Shown here piece after piece: positions 17,341 to 26,610 of a stretch of DNA of 62,719 bases. Source of the stretch: Myxococcota bacterium (GTDB lineage Bacteria; Myxococcota; XYA12-FULL-58-9); assembly GCA_036736205.1 (NCBI GenBank), contig DAINMX010000003.1:15619-78337 (forward strand). Reading direction: 5' to 3'. The notes below the pieces were generated by a model. The model saw only the letters and a program-made list of their open reading frames with translations. It was not told where the DNA came from and did no database searches. Numbering within the stretch: the stretch's first letter is position 1; each line of letters begins with the position of its first letter. The translations under genes and the position numbers were made by a program.

Positions 17341-19203
17341 CTAGCGACCACGACGATCGAGAAGACCCTCAATTCGATCCATGATCGCGTTCATGCGAGC
17401 AACGAGCGCCTCGTAGGGTTGCATCAATGAGAGATCTACGCCAGCGTCTTTCAGAAGCTCATAGGGATATTGTGAGCCGCCGGCCTTCAAGACGTCGACG
17501 AATTGATCTCTTGCTCCCTCCTTGCCCTCGACAACGGCCTGCGCAAACAGAGCTGACGCCGCGAGCGACGTCGCATATTTGTAGACATAGAAGCCATAGT
17601 AGAAATGCGGGATGTAGGCCCACTCGATGGCGTAGGCGTCATCGATGATGGTCACTTTCTCGTCATGACCGTGATAGCGCTTGAGCAAGTCGCCATAAAT
17701 TTTGGTCAACGTCTCGCCCGAGAGCGACTCTCCCTTTTCGACTCGCTCGTGGATGTCGAGCTCAAACTCGGCAAACATCGCCTGTCGGAAAAACGTCTGC
17801 CGCAGATTCTCGAGGGCAGAACCCAGGAAATAGAGTTTTTCATCATCACTCTTCGCCTCCGTGAGCATGTGATCCAGCAACAAGGCCTCATTGAATGTCG
17901 ACGCCACCTCCGCAACAAAGATTGCATAGTCGGCCGTCGCGTAGGGCTGGGTGGAGCTCGCGAGATAGGAATGCATCGCGTGTCCCCACTCATGAGCCAT
18001 GGTAGACACGGATTCGTAGTCATCATTGTAGTTCATCAACACATATGGGTGAACATCGTACGCTGCATCGTTGGAGTAAGCTCCCGAGCGTTTGCCCTGC
18101 CCTGGGTAAACATCCATCCATCTGTCGGCAAAACCTTTGCGCATCGCCGCCGCATAGTCCTCGCCTAGTGGTGCAAGAGCCACCGTGAGCAGCTCCTTTG
18201 CCCTGCCTATGGGATATGTCTCTTTACTCGAGACCAGTGGAGTGTAGAGATCATGGTATCGAAGCTCTTCGAGACCGAGCATCCGCTGCCGCAATTTCAA
18301 ATACCGGTGCAGAGTACCGAGATTGCCATTGGCGGCCTTGAGCAACGCACGGTAGACTTGCTCAGGAACATTGTCGACGCTTAGAGCGTGCGACAGGCAA
18401 CTAGGGTAGTCGCGAATCTGTTTGTAGACGATGTCCTTTTTCACCTGGGAAGACAAAGCAACACCGAATGTGCGCTCGTACTCTTTCCATTTGCCCCAGA
18501 ACGCATCAAACACGCGTTTGCGGTCGTGCCGATTTGCCGCACCGCGATATCGCGTGTACGCCGCTTGATCCAGGCGCACTCGTGTTCCATCTGACAGCTC
18601 AACCTCCGGCCAGGGAATATCGGCATAGCTCAAGATCTCGTACAAATCGGAGGCCGTATCCGCCATCCGGTACGTCGTCGCCACGAGCTTTTCGCCTTTG
18701 GCATCGAGTGTATGCGGTGCCAATCGCAGAATGTTGTCAATGTAATGCCCAAAGGGTTCGAGTCGCGGTTCCTCGCCCAGAAAGGTGTCTGCTCGCTCCC
18801 GCCCCAAACCGAGTATCTGCGGTTCGAAGAATGCTGCCTTCTGTGCCAATGCCGTGTGCACAGCAAAAGCCTGGTCCTTCATCTCCAGGGTCGATGCAAC
18901 GCGGGTATCCTCGTCTGACTTCATGCTTGCATAGGAGTAGACTCGACCAAGCTCTCGATTGATGTCGAAAAGATTCTCCATTGCCGCCGCCAAGGTACCG
19001 GGATCATCACCCAGATGCCCCGAAAACATGTCAAGAGCGTCAACACGGCGAAGCAATCGTTGCTGCGCTGACTTCCAATGAGCATCAGATGAATAGATCT
19101 GCCGCAGGTCCCAACGATGCTCTTGGGCGGCCTTGTCATTGGCCAAACCGATGCTGACGCGGGTGAAAACAACGAGGGCAGCCACCACACTCGACAACTT
19201 CAT
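17341..19203 (-). CDS. pepF: Oligoendopeptidase F family (M3B metallopeptidase), secreted
   Basis: The zinc site HEWGHAMH (HExxH) is followed downstream by EVAS. The gene encodes about 620 aa. The start was set at ATG 19203, which gives the signal peptide MKLSSVVAALVVFTRVSIG. Confidence 0.85.
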   Translation of the reverse strand: MKLSSVVAALVVFTRVSIGLANDKAAQEHRWDLRQIYSSDAHWKSAQQRLLRRVDALDMFSGHLGDDPGTLAAAMENLFDINRELGRVYSYASMKSDEDTRVASTLEMKDQAFAVHTALAQKAAFFEPQILGLGRERADTFLGEEPRLEPFGHYIDNILRLAPHTLDAKGEKLVATTYRMADTASDLYEILSYADIPWPEVELSDGTRVRLDQAAYTRYRGAANRHDRKRVFDAFWGKWKEYERTFGVALSSQVKKDIVYKQIRDYPSCLSHALSVDNVPEQVYRALLKAANGNLGTLHRYLKLRQRMLGLEELRYHDLYTPLVSSKETYPIGRAKELLTVALAPLGEDYAAAMRKGFADRWMDVYPGQGKRSGAYSNDAAYDVHPYVLMNYNDDYESVSTMAHEWGHAMHSYLASSTQPYATADYAIFVAEVASTFNEALLLDHMLTEAKSDDEKLYFLGSALENLRQTFFRQAMFAEFELDIHERVEKGESLSGETLTKIYGDLLKRYHGHDEKVTIIDDAYAIEWAYIPHFYYGFYVYKYATSLAASALFAQAVVEGKEGARDQFVDVLKAGGSQYPYELLKDAGVDLSLMQPYEALVARMNAIMDRIEGLLDRRGR

Positions 19204-19312
19204 GCGTTCCTCCTCAGCTGGCGCGCATTTTACGCCTGCCACCGAGAGGTGCAAGCGTTGCTATTGTTATTGACGCGATGCCCCAGCCTTGCTACAGAGC
19301 GGCCTCCAAAGT

Positions 19313-19388
19313 GGGGCTGTAGCTCAGCTGGGAGAGCGCGGCGTTCGCAATGCCGAGGCCAGGGGTTCGATCCCCCTCAGCTCCACCA
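19313..19388 (+). tRNA. tRNA-Ala (anticodon CGC), CCA encoded
   Basis: The cloverleaf was folded by hand. The acceptor is GGGGCTG/CAGCTCC with the G3:U70 alanine identity pair. The D arm is GCTC..GAGC, the anticodon stem is CGGCG/TGCCG with loop TTCGCAA, and the T arm is AGGGG-TTCGATC-CCCCT. Confidence 0.95.
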
Positions 19389-19394
19389 TTCCAC

Positions 19395-19521
19395 CACGCA
19401 TCAAATAGACAGCAACGGCGTTCGCAATGCCGAGGCCAGTGGGTTTGCGGAAGTTGGGACACACCACACGCATCAGATAGACAGCAACGGCGTTCGCAAT
19501 GCCGAGGCCAGTGGGTTTGCG
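19395..19521 (+). pseudogene. Two decayed tRNA-Ala-derived copies: 55-nt direct repeats with a 72-nt period
   Basis: 19395-19449 and 19467-19521 differ at one position. Each contains cggcgttcgcaatgccgaggccag, which is identical to the anticodon arm plus variable loop of the adjacent tRNA-Ala. The flanks are degenerate and there is no intact acceptor or T arm. Confidence 0.8.
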
Positions 19522-19563
19522 CAATGCACATCGTTTGGGGGCCAAGAAGCCAGCCAGTTCGAC

Positions 19564-19632
19564 GGAGAACCGGAGAACCGGAGAACCGGAGAACCGGAGA
19601 ACCGGAGAACCGGAGAACCGGAGAACCGGAGA
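19564..19632. repeat. Octanucleotide microsatellite (GGAGAACC) with 8 copies plus a partial unit
   Basis: Perfect copies run from 19564 to 19627, followed by ggaga. The array is intergenic and lies between the 3' ends of two convergent tRNA genes. Confidence 0.95.
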
Positions 19633-19649
19633 TTGGTGTCTCAATAAGA

Positions 19650-19723
19650 TGGTTGGGGCACGTGGATTCGAACCACGACTAACGAATTCAGAGTCCGTCG
19701 TCCTACCGTTAGACGATGCCCCA
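19650..19723 (-). tRNA. tRNA-Gln (anticodon CUG), CCA encoded
   Basis: The reverse complement reads TGGGGCATCGTCTAACGGTAGGACGACGGACTCTGAATTCGTTAGTCGTGGTTCGAATCCACGTGCCCCAACCA. The acceptor is TGGGGCA/TGCCCCA and the anticodon loop is CTCTGAA. It is 74 nt long and closely resembles canonical bacterial tRNA-Gln. Confidence 0.93.
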
Positions 19724-19882
19724 ACGCGGCCGCCAAACTAGCGGAGATTGCCCGCCGATGGCAATGGGATTTTGAGTTTTCGGCGATTTTTGCCACCGAT
19801 TGTCCCCGGCACATTCGCGTATGCTCCATGTCGACGGCACCGCGACCCGTGACCACCAAAACCACGGTGACGATGGCTTGTG

Positions 19883-20356
19883 ATGAACGGACGCTGCGAT
19901 TATATGCTCCCTGTTATGCCATCAAATCGGCGCAAAGACGAAAGACGCAGCGATCAGAGCACGATCTCTGCAGAGAGACGGGAAACCGCGAGACGCCAAG
20001 CCGAACGCCGCTTCGACACCAGGTGCACCGTGGATCTCTGGCTCCAAGAGGAACTGGGCAACGAGATGACTTTTAGGCGGGCCGGCAATTTGTCTCCGGG
20101 CGGCGTGTATCTCGACCTTGGGTTTTCCCGACCGCCAGGTACCCGCCTCAAACTTCGTTTCACCCTACCCCAAGGATGGCAGATAGAAGTCAGAGGCGAG
20201 ATCGTGCCAGCCGAGCAGGACGACGACCTCGGCACCCACATCCGTTTTATTGATTTGCGTCCGGAAGATCACATCCGCATCTCCGGGTATATGGAAGAAG
20301 AGATGACCGAGCCGGACACGCTCTACGGTGTGCGGCACCATGACGATGAGTCGTGA
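19883..20356 (+). CDS. Small PilZ-domain protein with an Arg-rich N-terminal tail
   Basis: The sequence reads RRKDERR..ERRETARRQAERRFDTR, then GNLSPGGVYLD and a beta-barrel-like remainder. The start is ambiguous (GTG 19880; ATG 19883, 19904 or 19916). It is a paralogue of 56242-56640. Confidence 0.8.
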   Translation: MNGRCDYMLPVMPSNRRKDERRSDQSTISAERRETARRQAERRFDTRCTVDLWLQEELGNEMTFRRAGNLSPGGVYLDLGFSRPPGTRLKLRFTLPQGWQIEVRGEIVPAEQDDDLGTHIRFIDLRPEDHIRISGYMEEEMTEPDTLYGVRHHDDES

Positions 20357-21920
20357 ACCAACGAAGCGAACAAGCGACGCAATGCTCTTCACACAGCAAC
20401 ACCCCTGCGTCCTTACGGGCTGCCTGATTGCGTTGTTCGTAACGGTGAGCGCTACCGGTTGCGCCCATCGTGTGGTCGTACCACCACCGCCAAAGAGCTA
20501 TGATCGGGCTACCGAGTTGTCCGGCGTCGATTTGGTCATTGATGAGTTCTATGTCGAAGATCTCAGCAGCGGCGACAAAGCCGCTGTCAAAGCCCTTCGC
20601 CGTTCGTTCACCGATTACCTTCGCGAGTCGGTTCGCTTTGGTTCCATCAACCAGCTCGGGGACCACGGTGCCTACCTGGGCGAATACAATCTACACGTCG
20701 ATGTCAGGATCGCTCCGTCGCACACCACGGGGCGTACCGTCGTTTTCGATGCCTTGGCCGCCCTACCCGTCATTGTGCCTCCCTTAGTTGGATTGTTTGT
20801 GCCTGTGTGGGGCCAAGCCCGTGCCGAGCTCGAAGTGCGAGTCACTGACGCCGACCACCGGCTGTTGGCCGAGTATCACCGCACGGCCTACGATCGATAC
20901 TGGTGTCTGTTCTATTCGTGGTACCGGACACAGTACATCGAAGATGCATATGCCGATGTCTACGAAGCCCTATTCACCAGCGTCTCCTTTGAGATGGCCC
21001 GAGATGCCCCACGACTGGCCAAAGCCATCGGTGCCGAACCTGACCACTCATCAGTGGCCTCTGCGCCACTGTCGCCTGCCCACAGAAACGACTGGCGCAC
21101 GACGCTGGCCACTGAGCCACGTGGGGAGGAGTTGCGACTCATCACCGAGAGTGCGTCACCCCCGTTCGATGGCTTCTACAGTTACCTCAAGCTTCTCGGT
21201 GGCCTCGAGGTCGCGGCATTCACCGGCTTCGCCGAGGTAGCCTCCAGCTACGAAGACGAATACGGCAAGCCCGTCAAAGTCGCCGCAGGCAGCGCCACAC
21301 AGCAGGGGTTCCGTATAGCTCTGTACTCCGCACCGAAGAAAACCGGGTTCTTCTGGTATCCCGTTGTTGGTTTTGTCTGGCAGGATGTTGCTATCGGCGA
21401 ATTTCGCGACAGTTGGGACAACTATTACCAACCTGAGGATATCGAACCCATCTGTTCCGATCCGGATACGGGAGAAAACCTCGATTGCGGCGCCCCCAAC
21501 GTATACGAGTTGTCGATGCGCAGCGGCTATGCGGGCCTGCGAGGAGGCTGGGAGCTTGCGGTCGGGCATTCCTGGTTTGTCTTCTTCGCCTCCGTCTCCT
21601 TGGGCATCAATCTCCTGGAATTCAGATCACTTCGTGCTGTCGTTGGCACCGATGACGCGACCGAGACCGGATTCGATTTTGTGCGATCGGGTGCCGTGGG
21701 CGGAACCGTGGGCGTGTCGTTTCCCAAGGCACACCTAGCCCTACGCTTGATTTTTGAGGGCGAGTTGTACAGAGAGTTCGAGTACGCACACGAGATTCCG
21801 TTCAAGGGGCCCCCAGCGTACAACAGTGACAAACAAATCGTCGAGCGCCCATTGCGTTTTGTACAGGCTGCGAGCCTGCATTCCTTCGTCATGCAGACGG
21901 CGCTGGCATTCGTTTTCTGA
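20346..21920 (+). CDS. Hypothetical lipoprotein, possibly outer-membrane-embedded
   Basis: The lipobox reads LIALFVTVSATGCAH and the C-terminus ALAFVF ends in Phe. The start is ambiguous (ATG 20340, 20346 or 20382) and overlaps or abuts the PilZ stop. No family was recognised. Confidence 0.6.
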   Translation: MSREPTKRTSDAMLFTQQHPCVLTGCLIALFVTVSATGCAHRVVVPPPPKSYDRATELSGVDLVIDEFYVEDLSSGDKAAVKALRRSFTDYLRESVRFGSINQLGDHGAYLGEYNLHVDVRIAPSHTTGRTVVFDALAALPVIVPPLVGLFVPVWGQARAELEVRVTDADHRLLAEYHRTAYDRYWCLFYSWYRTQYIEDAYADVYEALFTSVSFEMARDAPRLAKAIGAEPDHSSVASAPLSPAHRNDWRTTLATEPRGEELRLITESASPPFDGFYSYLKLLGGLEVAAFTGFAEVASSYEDEYGKPVKVAAGSATQQGFRIALYSAPKKTGFFWYPVVGFVWQDVAIGEFRDSWDNYYQPEDIEPICSDPDTGENLDCGAPNVYELSMRSGYAGLRGGWELAVGHSWFVFFASVSLGINLLEFRSLRAVVGTDDATETGFDFVRSGAVGGTVGVSFPKAHLALRLIFEGELYREFEYAHEIPFKGPPAYNSDKQIVERPLRFVQAASLHSFVMQTALAFVF

Positions 21921-21927
21921 GGCTGCC

Positions 21928-22404
21928 ATGCGACACTCGATCACAGAACGTGCAGCCTTTGTCCTCATCGCGATGGTGTCAACGACCTGCAGCGACGAAC
22001 AGCTACCGACATTGCCCCTCAACCCACAACTGACCGTGTGGAATCGTTGCAGCAAGAGCCCTGACAACCCAAATTTCTATGAGCTACTACATCTCTATTG
22101 CCACGCCGGCGAAGCATACGCCAACCTCGCCGATCTTCTGTCACAACCGCTGGCCGTCGGAGACGAAACTGTCATCGAGTTCAATCAAGGCAACTTCATC
22201 ACCGTGGTCAGGCGTCGCAACACCGGGCAGCAGATAGCCCTCACCACCCGCAGTGGTCTCGCAGTGCCCGACGATTGCTACACTTTGGAGGTTTTCGACG
22301 ATGCCTTCCGCCTGGTGCGGCGAGACAACTGCATGCTGGATGACGGATCGCCAAATGGCGACGATGGCTCTGACGCCGATGACGGACCGCCGCCCGGAGA
22401 TTGA
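21928..22404 (+). CDS. Small hypothetical lipoprotein with an acidic C-terminal tail
   Basis: ATG 21928 lies 8 nt after the previous stop. The lipobox reads FVLIAMVSTTCSD and the C-terminus reads DDGSPNGDDGSDADDGPPPGD. Confidence 0.55.
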   Translation: MRHSITERAAFVLIAMVSTTCSDEQLPTLPLNPQLTVWNRCSKSPDNPNFYELLHLYCHAGEAYANLADLLSQPLAVGDETVIEFNQGNFITVVRRRNTGQQIALTTRSGLAVPDDCYTLEVFDDAFRLVRRDNCMLDDGSPNGDDGSDADDGPPPGD

Positions 22405-22435
22405 TTGCTCCCTCGCACCTCTGGCAGTTGAGGCT

Positions 22436-23092
22436 TCACTCGCATGGTCGATCCACCAACGATCCGTAGTACGCCTCTGGGCCGAGCCCACTCTGCTGCG
22501 CCTTGGTCTTCGCAACGTCGATCAATGATTGAAAGCCGCTTTGCGGCTGCGCCCCTTCCAACGGCTCACCGTTAATGAAGAAGGTGGGGGTTCCGGACAC
22601 GCCTGCAGCATACGCGAGTTCCAAGTCCGCGTTGATTCGCTTTCGTGGCGCAGCGTCATCGATACAGTTTTGCCACACAGCAAGGTCCACGCCCGCACCG
22701 GTCGCGTAGACTTGCAGCTGGGAATCGGAGAGACGGTCCTGGTGCGCAAAAATCTCGTCATGCACGGCCCAAAACAAGCCTTGGGCGTGGGCACATTGCG
22801 CAGTGATCGCCGCGTCCATGGCACGGGAGTGGATGGATGTCAGCGGCAAATGTCTGAACACCAGGCGCACGTCCGGTTGGTTCGCAACCAATAACTCGTC
22901 GAGGGTAACGCTCGCAGCGGCGCAGTAGGGACACTCAAAATCGGTAAATCCGACGATGGTCACCTGCGCATCCACAGCCCCACGCACTGGGGCATCATCG
23001 GCGGGCAGAGCGCAGAACTCAACCAACGTCTTCGTGTCTTCGGCACAACCCGTGGCAAACATGGAGATCAAAACGAATCGATACATCAGCAA
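22436..23092 (-). CDS. DsbA-family thiol:disulfide oxidoreductase lipoprotein
   Basis: The lipobox reads LISMFATGCAE. The thioredoxin active site is FECPYC and the DsbA-like C-terminal part reads GVSGTPTFFING. Confidence 0.85.
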   Translation of the reverse strand: MLMYRFVLISMFATGCAEDTKTLVEFCALPADDAPVRGAVDAQVTIVGFTDFECPYCAAASVTLDELLVANQPDVRLVFRHLPLTSIHSRAMDAAITAQCAHAQGLFWAVHDEIFAHQDRLSDSQLQVYATGAGVDLAVWQNCIDDAAPRKRINADLELAYAAGVSGTPTFFINGEPLEGAQPQSGFQSLIDVAKTKAQQSGLGPEAYYGSLVDRPCE

Positions 23093-23175
23093 TCATTCCC
23101 TGGCGCAGCGAACCGCGACCGTAAACGCGTTGAATCACATTGGTAAATACACGATCTTGGGAGTTGCCCCTAGCC

Positions 23176-26100
23176 CTAGAACAAAGACAACTGCCCTCTC
23201 TTGGCAGTGTTCTCATGCTTATCAAAGGTCAACGCTTCGGATGTCGTCGCGTCAGACACCGCATGCGCCTGCGGATAACATCGAAAAAGGAAACCGCAAC
23301 CGAGTTTCTCGCATACCGTTTGATCCCGTCCGGGCCACGGTTCATCTTGACCACGAAGGGTGGCAATGGCGCGCGTCACCGCCGCCACGTTGGCCTCGAG
23401 TTCCCGGCGCATCCCAGGGACGACCAGTCGGTCGAAAGCTTTGCCACCGCCGCGCAAAAACACCACGCTCGTCCGAATGTCGCCCGCAACGCCCAAGAGC
23501 CGTTCCACTGCCAGGGCGTACGCGTCGAGTTGCATGCCAAATGGCGTCACCCCCGCCGGGCCGCCACGTGCGTGTTTGTAATCGAGCACCATGGGACCGT
23601 GCTCATCCCAAAACAGCAGATCGATCTGACCGTGCAGCACGGCCACAAACGGGTCCGCAGCGATGGCCAGGCGGAAGGGCATCTCATGGCGCCGCGCCTC
23701 ACCGCCTAGACCCAGCAATCTCTCACCAAGGCTTGAGCGAAGAAACATCAACACATCCCGACGCACATCAGCCAACCGCGGATCCGACGGGTCATAGCCA
23801 TGCAAGGCGATCTCGGCGTCGACAAAACCTTCGCGACTGCCGGCCACAGCCGCTCGATCAAGCGCTGACAGCACTTCGTGTGCCAATCGTCCACGGGACA
23901 AAGGATCCAATGGTGGATCCCGGTCGTCGTCTGCCGGCCAACGCAACCTGGCGTCACCGTACGCAGGCTCGGGCAAACCCAAGTCGTGCACCAGAAAGCC
24001 ACGGCGCAGGCACTGCATGAATGTGTCCACCGTGGTCACAGGCAGAGCCAGCGATGTTCCAGGACTTATACCACGTGCGGAAGCATGCGCGACCAACGTC
24101 TCAGCCCATGCGCCGTCGGCATCCGTTGGCACGGCCGTTTGCGGCGCAGAGGGCCGAGGCGACCCAATGTTGGCTTCTTGGCGAACCAGCACCCCCTGCC
24201 GCTCCGCCTCTGGCCGCCACCGATCGAGCAACTTGGCGAAGCCCTGCTTGCGACTCTTTGCAGAGGCTGTGCCGACGATCACGACCTGAAGCTGGGCCCT
24301 GGTCACCGCGACATAGAGAAGCCGTTTGAGTTCATCATCGGCCTCGCGTCGAGCCAACTTGCGAGCGTGGCTGAACCTCGACGTCTCCAGACGAGAGCCG
24401 CGACGCGAGGGACGAAATGCCAAACCTTCCTCGCGACAGTACTGCAGCACTCCCGCGTCATTGCGTGGTTTGTGTCGAATGTCCGCGAGCACCACGACTG
24501 GGAACTCGAGTCCTTTGGCCTGATGTACCGTTGTGACACTCACGGCGCGTCGTGCGGCTGCAGGAACACTCACCACCGGTTCTTTGTGGCCGCGCTCGAT
24601 ATTCTCAAGCTGCAAACGTGCGAATACAGTTGCGCTCGACCCCTTGGCGTCAAGTGTACGTGCGAGCTCCCAGAGTCGATCGAGATTCGCCACCTTCTGC
24701 TCCCCACCCTCGAGTGCCAGAAGAACGGCCCGGACATCGAGCAATAGGTCAATGTGCTCGAGCAACTCGGCGGGGCTCATGACCTCAGCTGCCGCGACCA
24801 ATTGAGGCAGGACCTCCGTCAGTCGCGCAACAATCATCGCATCCCCGGGAACGCCGCTATCCATGCCAGAGGCGTCTCCCGAGCGCAGGGCAGCCAAACG
24901 CGCGGACGAGTCTGCGGAGCCAAACAGAGCCATCAACCCCGATTCTGATAGGCCAATGAGCGGCGAGCGTAGCGCCACTGCGGCTGACAGGCGATCGGTG
25001 CCGTCGGTGAGCCAGGCAAGCAACGCAACATGATCGACGATTTCAGACTGTTCAAATAGACCGCCTCCGCCACCGAGCACCGCCGGAATGCCCCGCTCGG
25101 CAAGAGCGGCCGCGTAAAAGGGAGCCCGGCTCATGAACGCCAACAGCACCGTGAAATCACCCGCGTGTTGTCCCGTGTCGATCTGTTGCCGCACATACGC
25201 AGCCACTGCCCGTGCCTCCCGCATTGCGGCGGGCACTGCCGACAACCCCTCTTCAGGTACCTCGAGCCAAATCATGCCCGGCCCGCGATCCTCGTCGTCA
25301 CTCTGCTCGAGAGGCTTGAGGGCTTCGTAAGAGGATTCAAACAACTGTTCACCAAGGCTGTTGATACTCGCGACCACCTCAGGTCGCGATCGCCGACTGA
25401 TATCGAGGATCTCCTCGCGACCTCCGAGACCACTCAAATCGCGGGTGAAGGACGTGAAAGCCTCAGGATCGGCACCGCGAAAGGTGTAGATGGCCTGCTT
25501 CCGATCGCCCACAATGAACAAAGAGGCCGGCTCGGTGTCCTTCGCCGCAGGCCCGGCGAGCCCAGCCAACAGATGCACCAATCGTCGCTGCAGGTGGTTG
25601 GTATCCTGCGCTTCGTCGACCAACACGGCTTTGAACCTTTGGCGTACGCTACGGTGGAGATCCACCCGATTTTCCAGGGTCGAAATCAACCCCTCAATGA
25701 GGTCGGCAAAATCGACGGCTCGCCGCGCCCTTTTTGCCACGCCGTATGCCCGCCACGCTTCATCCATCAGCGTCGTTAGGTGTGGGATGAGCTCGTTGCA
25801 AAGCGCCGCCGCTCGCGTTGCTGGCAGCGAATTGCTGAACAGGGCTTTGTCGTCCTTGGTAAAAATGTCTTTGATGGTGGTGTGGCGATCGAGAACCAAT
25901 CCCGCGTCCCGCCAAGCCGCGCACCAATTCTCCACACCGCTATCGATTGCCGGTACTGGATGCTGCAAAAACGCGTCAATGCTCGCACGACCGAGTCTCG
26001 ATTGCCTACCGCGCACTTCATGCAACCTCTCCCGTACACCAAGCAGCCGTTGATGCAACGTCTGTTGGAGCTTCTCAGTGTCGTATCGCCCGAGAAGAGC

Positions 26101-26610
26101 TGCACCGTCTATCTTTCTGCCATCCTCCCGAGCGCGAGACAGCGCCTGCCACAATGCAGGTGGCAGACCCCGGTCAACCGGCAAATGCATCGCCAAGGCC
26201 TCCACCGCTTTAGCACAGCGGCTATCGCCCGAAAACCAGGCATCTTCACATGCATCGAAGAACAGCTGCCGCGCATCACCCTCCTCTCCAAGTACCTCCA
26301 TACCCTCGGCAAAGTCGGCCACAAATCCGAAACCGCGTAACAACTGCAACGCCAACCCATGAAAATTCGAGATGGGTGCTTGTGCCAACTCGGCAAGCAG
26401 GGTCCGATCGCCCATGCTCGCAAGTCCCTTGCGAACGCGGCTGCGCAGTTCCAAGGCAGATTTTCGCGTGAAGGTGATTGCGACAATTTCACCGGGTCGG
26501 CGACCGCGGCCATGGACCTCGGAAATGTATGCCTGCACCAATTGATAGGTCTTGCCGGTGCCAGCACTGGCTCGCAGCAGGCGGTGGTTTGTTCGCCTTG
26601 TTTCAGTCAT
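23176..26610 (-). CDS. addA: AddA-type ATP-dependent helicase/nuclease (UvrD/Rep SF1 helicase with a C-terminal PD-(D/E)XK nuclease)
   Basis: Motif I is ASAGTGKTY and motif II is VLVDEAQDT. The C-terminal RecB-type nuclease reads GQIDLLFWDE..MVLDYK. A terminal Cys cluster reads CEKLGCGFLFRC. The protein is 1144 aa. Confidence 0.8.
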   Translation of the reverse strand: MTETRRTNHRLLRASAGTGKTYQLVQAYISEVHGRGRRPGEIVAITFTRKSALELRSRVRKGLASMGDRTLLAELAQAPISNFHGLALQLLRGFGFVADFAEGMEVLGEEGDARQLFFDACEDAWFSGDSRCAKAVEALAMHLPVDRGLPPALWQALSRAREDGRKIDGAALLGRYDTEKLQQTLHQRLLGVRERLHEVRGRQSRLGRASIDAFLQHPVPAIDSGVENWCAAWRDAGLVLDRHTTIKDIFTKDDKALFSNSLPATRAAALCNELIPHLTTLMDEAWRAYGVAKRARRAVDFADLIEGLISTLENRVDLHRSVRQRFKAVLVDEAQDTNHLQRRLVHLLAGLAGPAAKDTEPASLFIVGDRKQAIYTFRGADPEAFTSFTRDLSGLGGREEILDISRRSRPEVVASINSLGEQLFESSYEALKPLEQSDDEDRGPGMIWLEVPEEGLSAVPAAMREARAVAAYVRQQIDTGQHAGDFTVLLAFMSRAPFYAAALAERGIPAVLGGGGGLFEQSEIVDHVALLAWLTDGTDRLSAAVALRSPLIGLSESGLMALFGSADSSARLAALRSGDASGMDSGVPGDAMIVARLTEVLPQLVAAAEVMSPAELLEHIDLLLDVRAVLLALEGGEQKVANLDRLWELARTLDAKGSSATVFARLQLENIERGHKEPVVSVPAAARRAVSVTTVHQAKGLEFPVVVLADIRHKPRNDAGVLQYCREEGLAFRPSRRGSRLETSRFSHARKLARREADDELKRLLYVAVTRAQLQVVIVGTASAKSRKQGFAKLLDRWRPEAERQGVLVRQEANIGSPRPSAPQTAVPTDADGAWAETLVAHASARGISPGTSLALPVTTVDTFMQCLRRGFLVHDLGLPEPAYGDARLRWPADDDRDPPLDPLSRGRLAHEVLSALDRAAVAGSREGFVDAEIALHGYDPSDPRLADVRRDVLMFLRSSLGERLLGLGGEARRHEMPFRLAIAADPFVAVLHGQIDLLFWDEHGPMVLDYKHARGGPAGVTPFGMQLDAYALAVERLLGVAGDIRTSVVFLRGGGKAFDRLVVPGMRRELEANVAAVTRAIATLRGQDEPWPGRDQTVCEKLGCGFLFRCYPQAHAVSDATTSEALTFDKHENTAKRGQLSLF

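Noticed and set aside
19395-19521. The possibility that the 55-nt direct repeats are a mini CRISPR array.
   Set aside because: There are only two copies. The repeat core is identical to the adjacent tRNA-Ala anticodon arm, the 17-nt spacer is far too short, and there are no cas genes in the window.
19117-19647. A 176-aa plus-strand ORF running across the pepF start, tRNA-Ala, the tRNA-derived repeats and the octamer array.
   Set aside because: It reads straight through a bona fide tRNA gene and through simple repeats (translated as ..ENRRTGEPENRRTGEP..). It is an artefact of repeat DNA that lacks stop codons.
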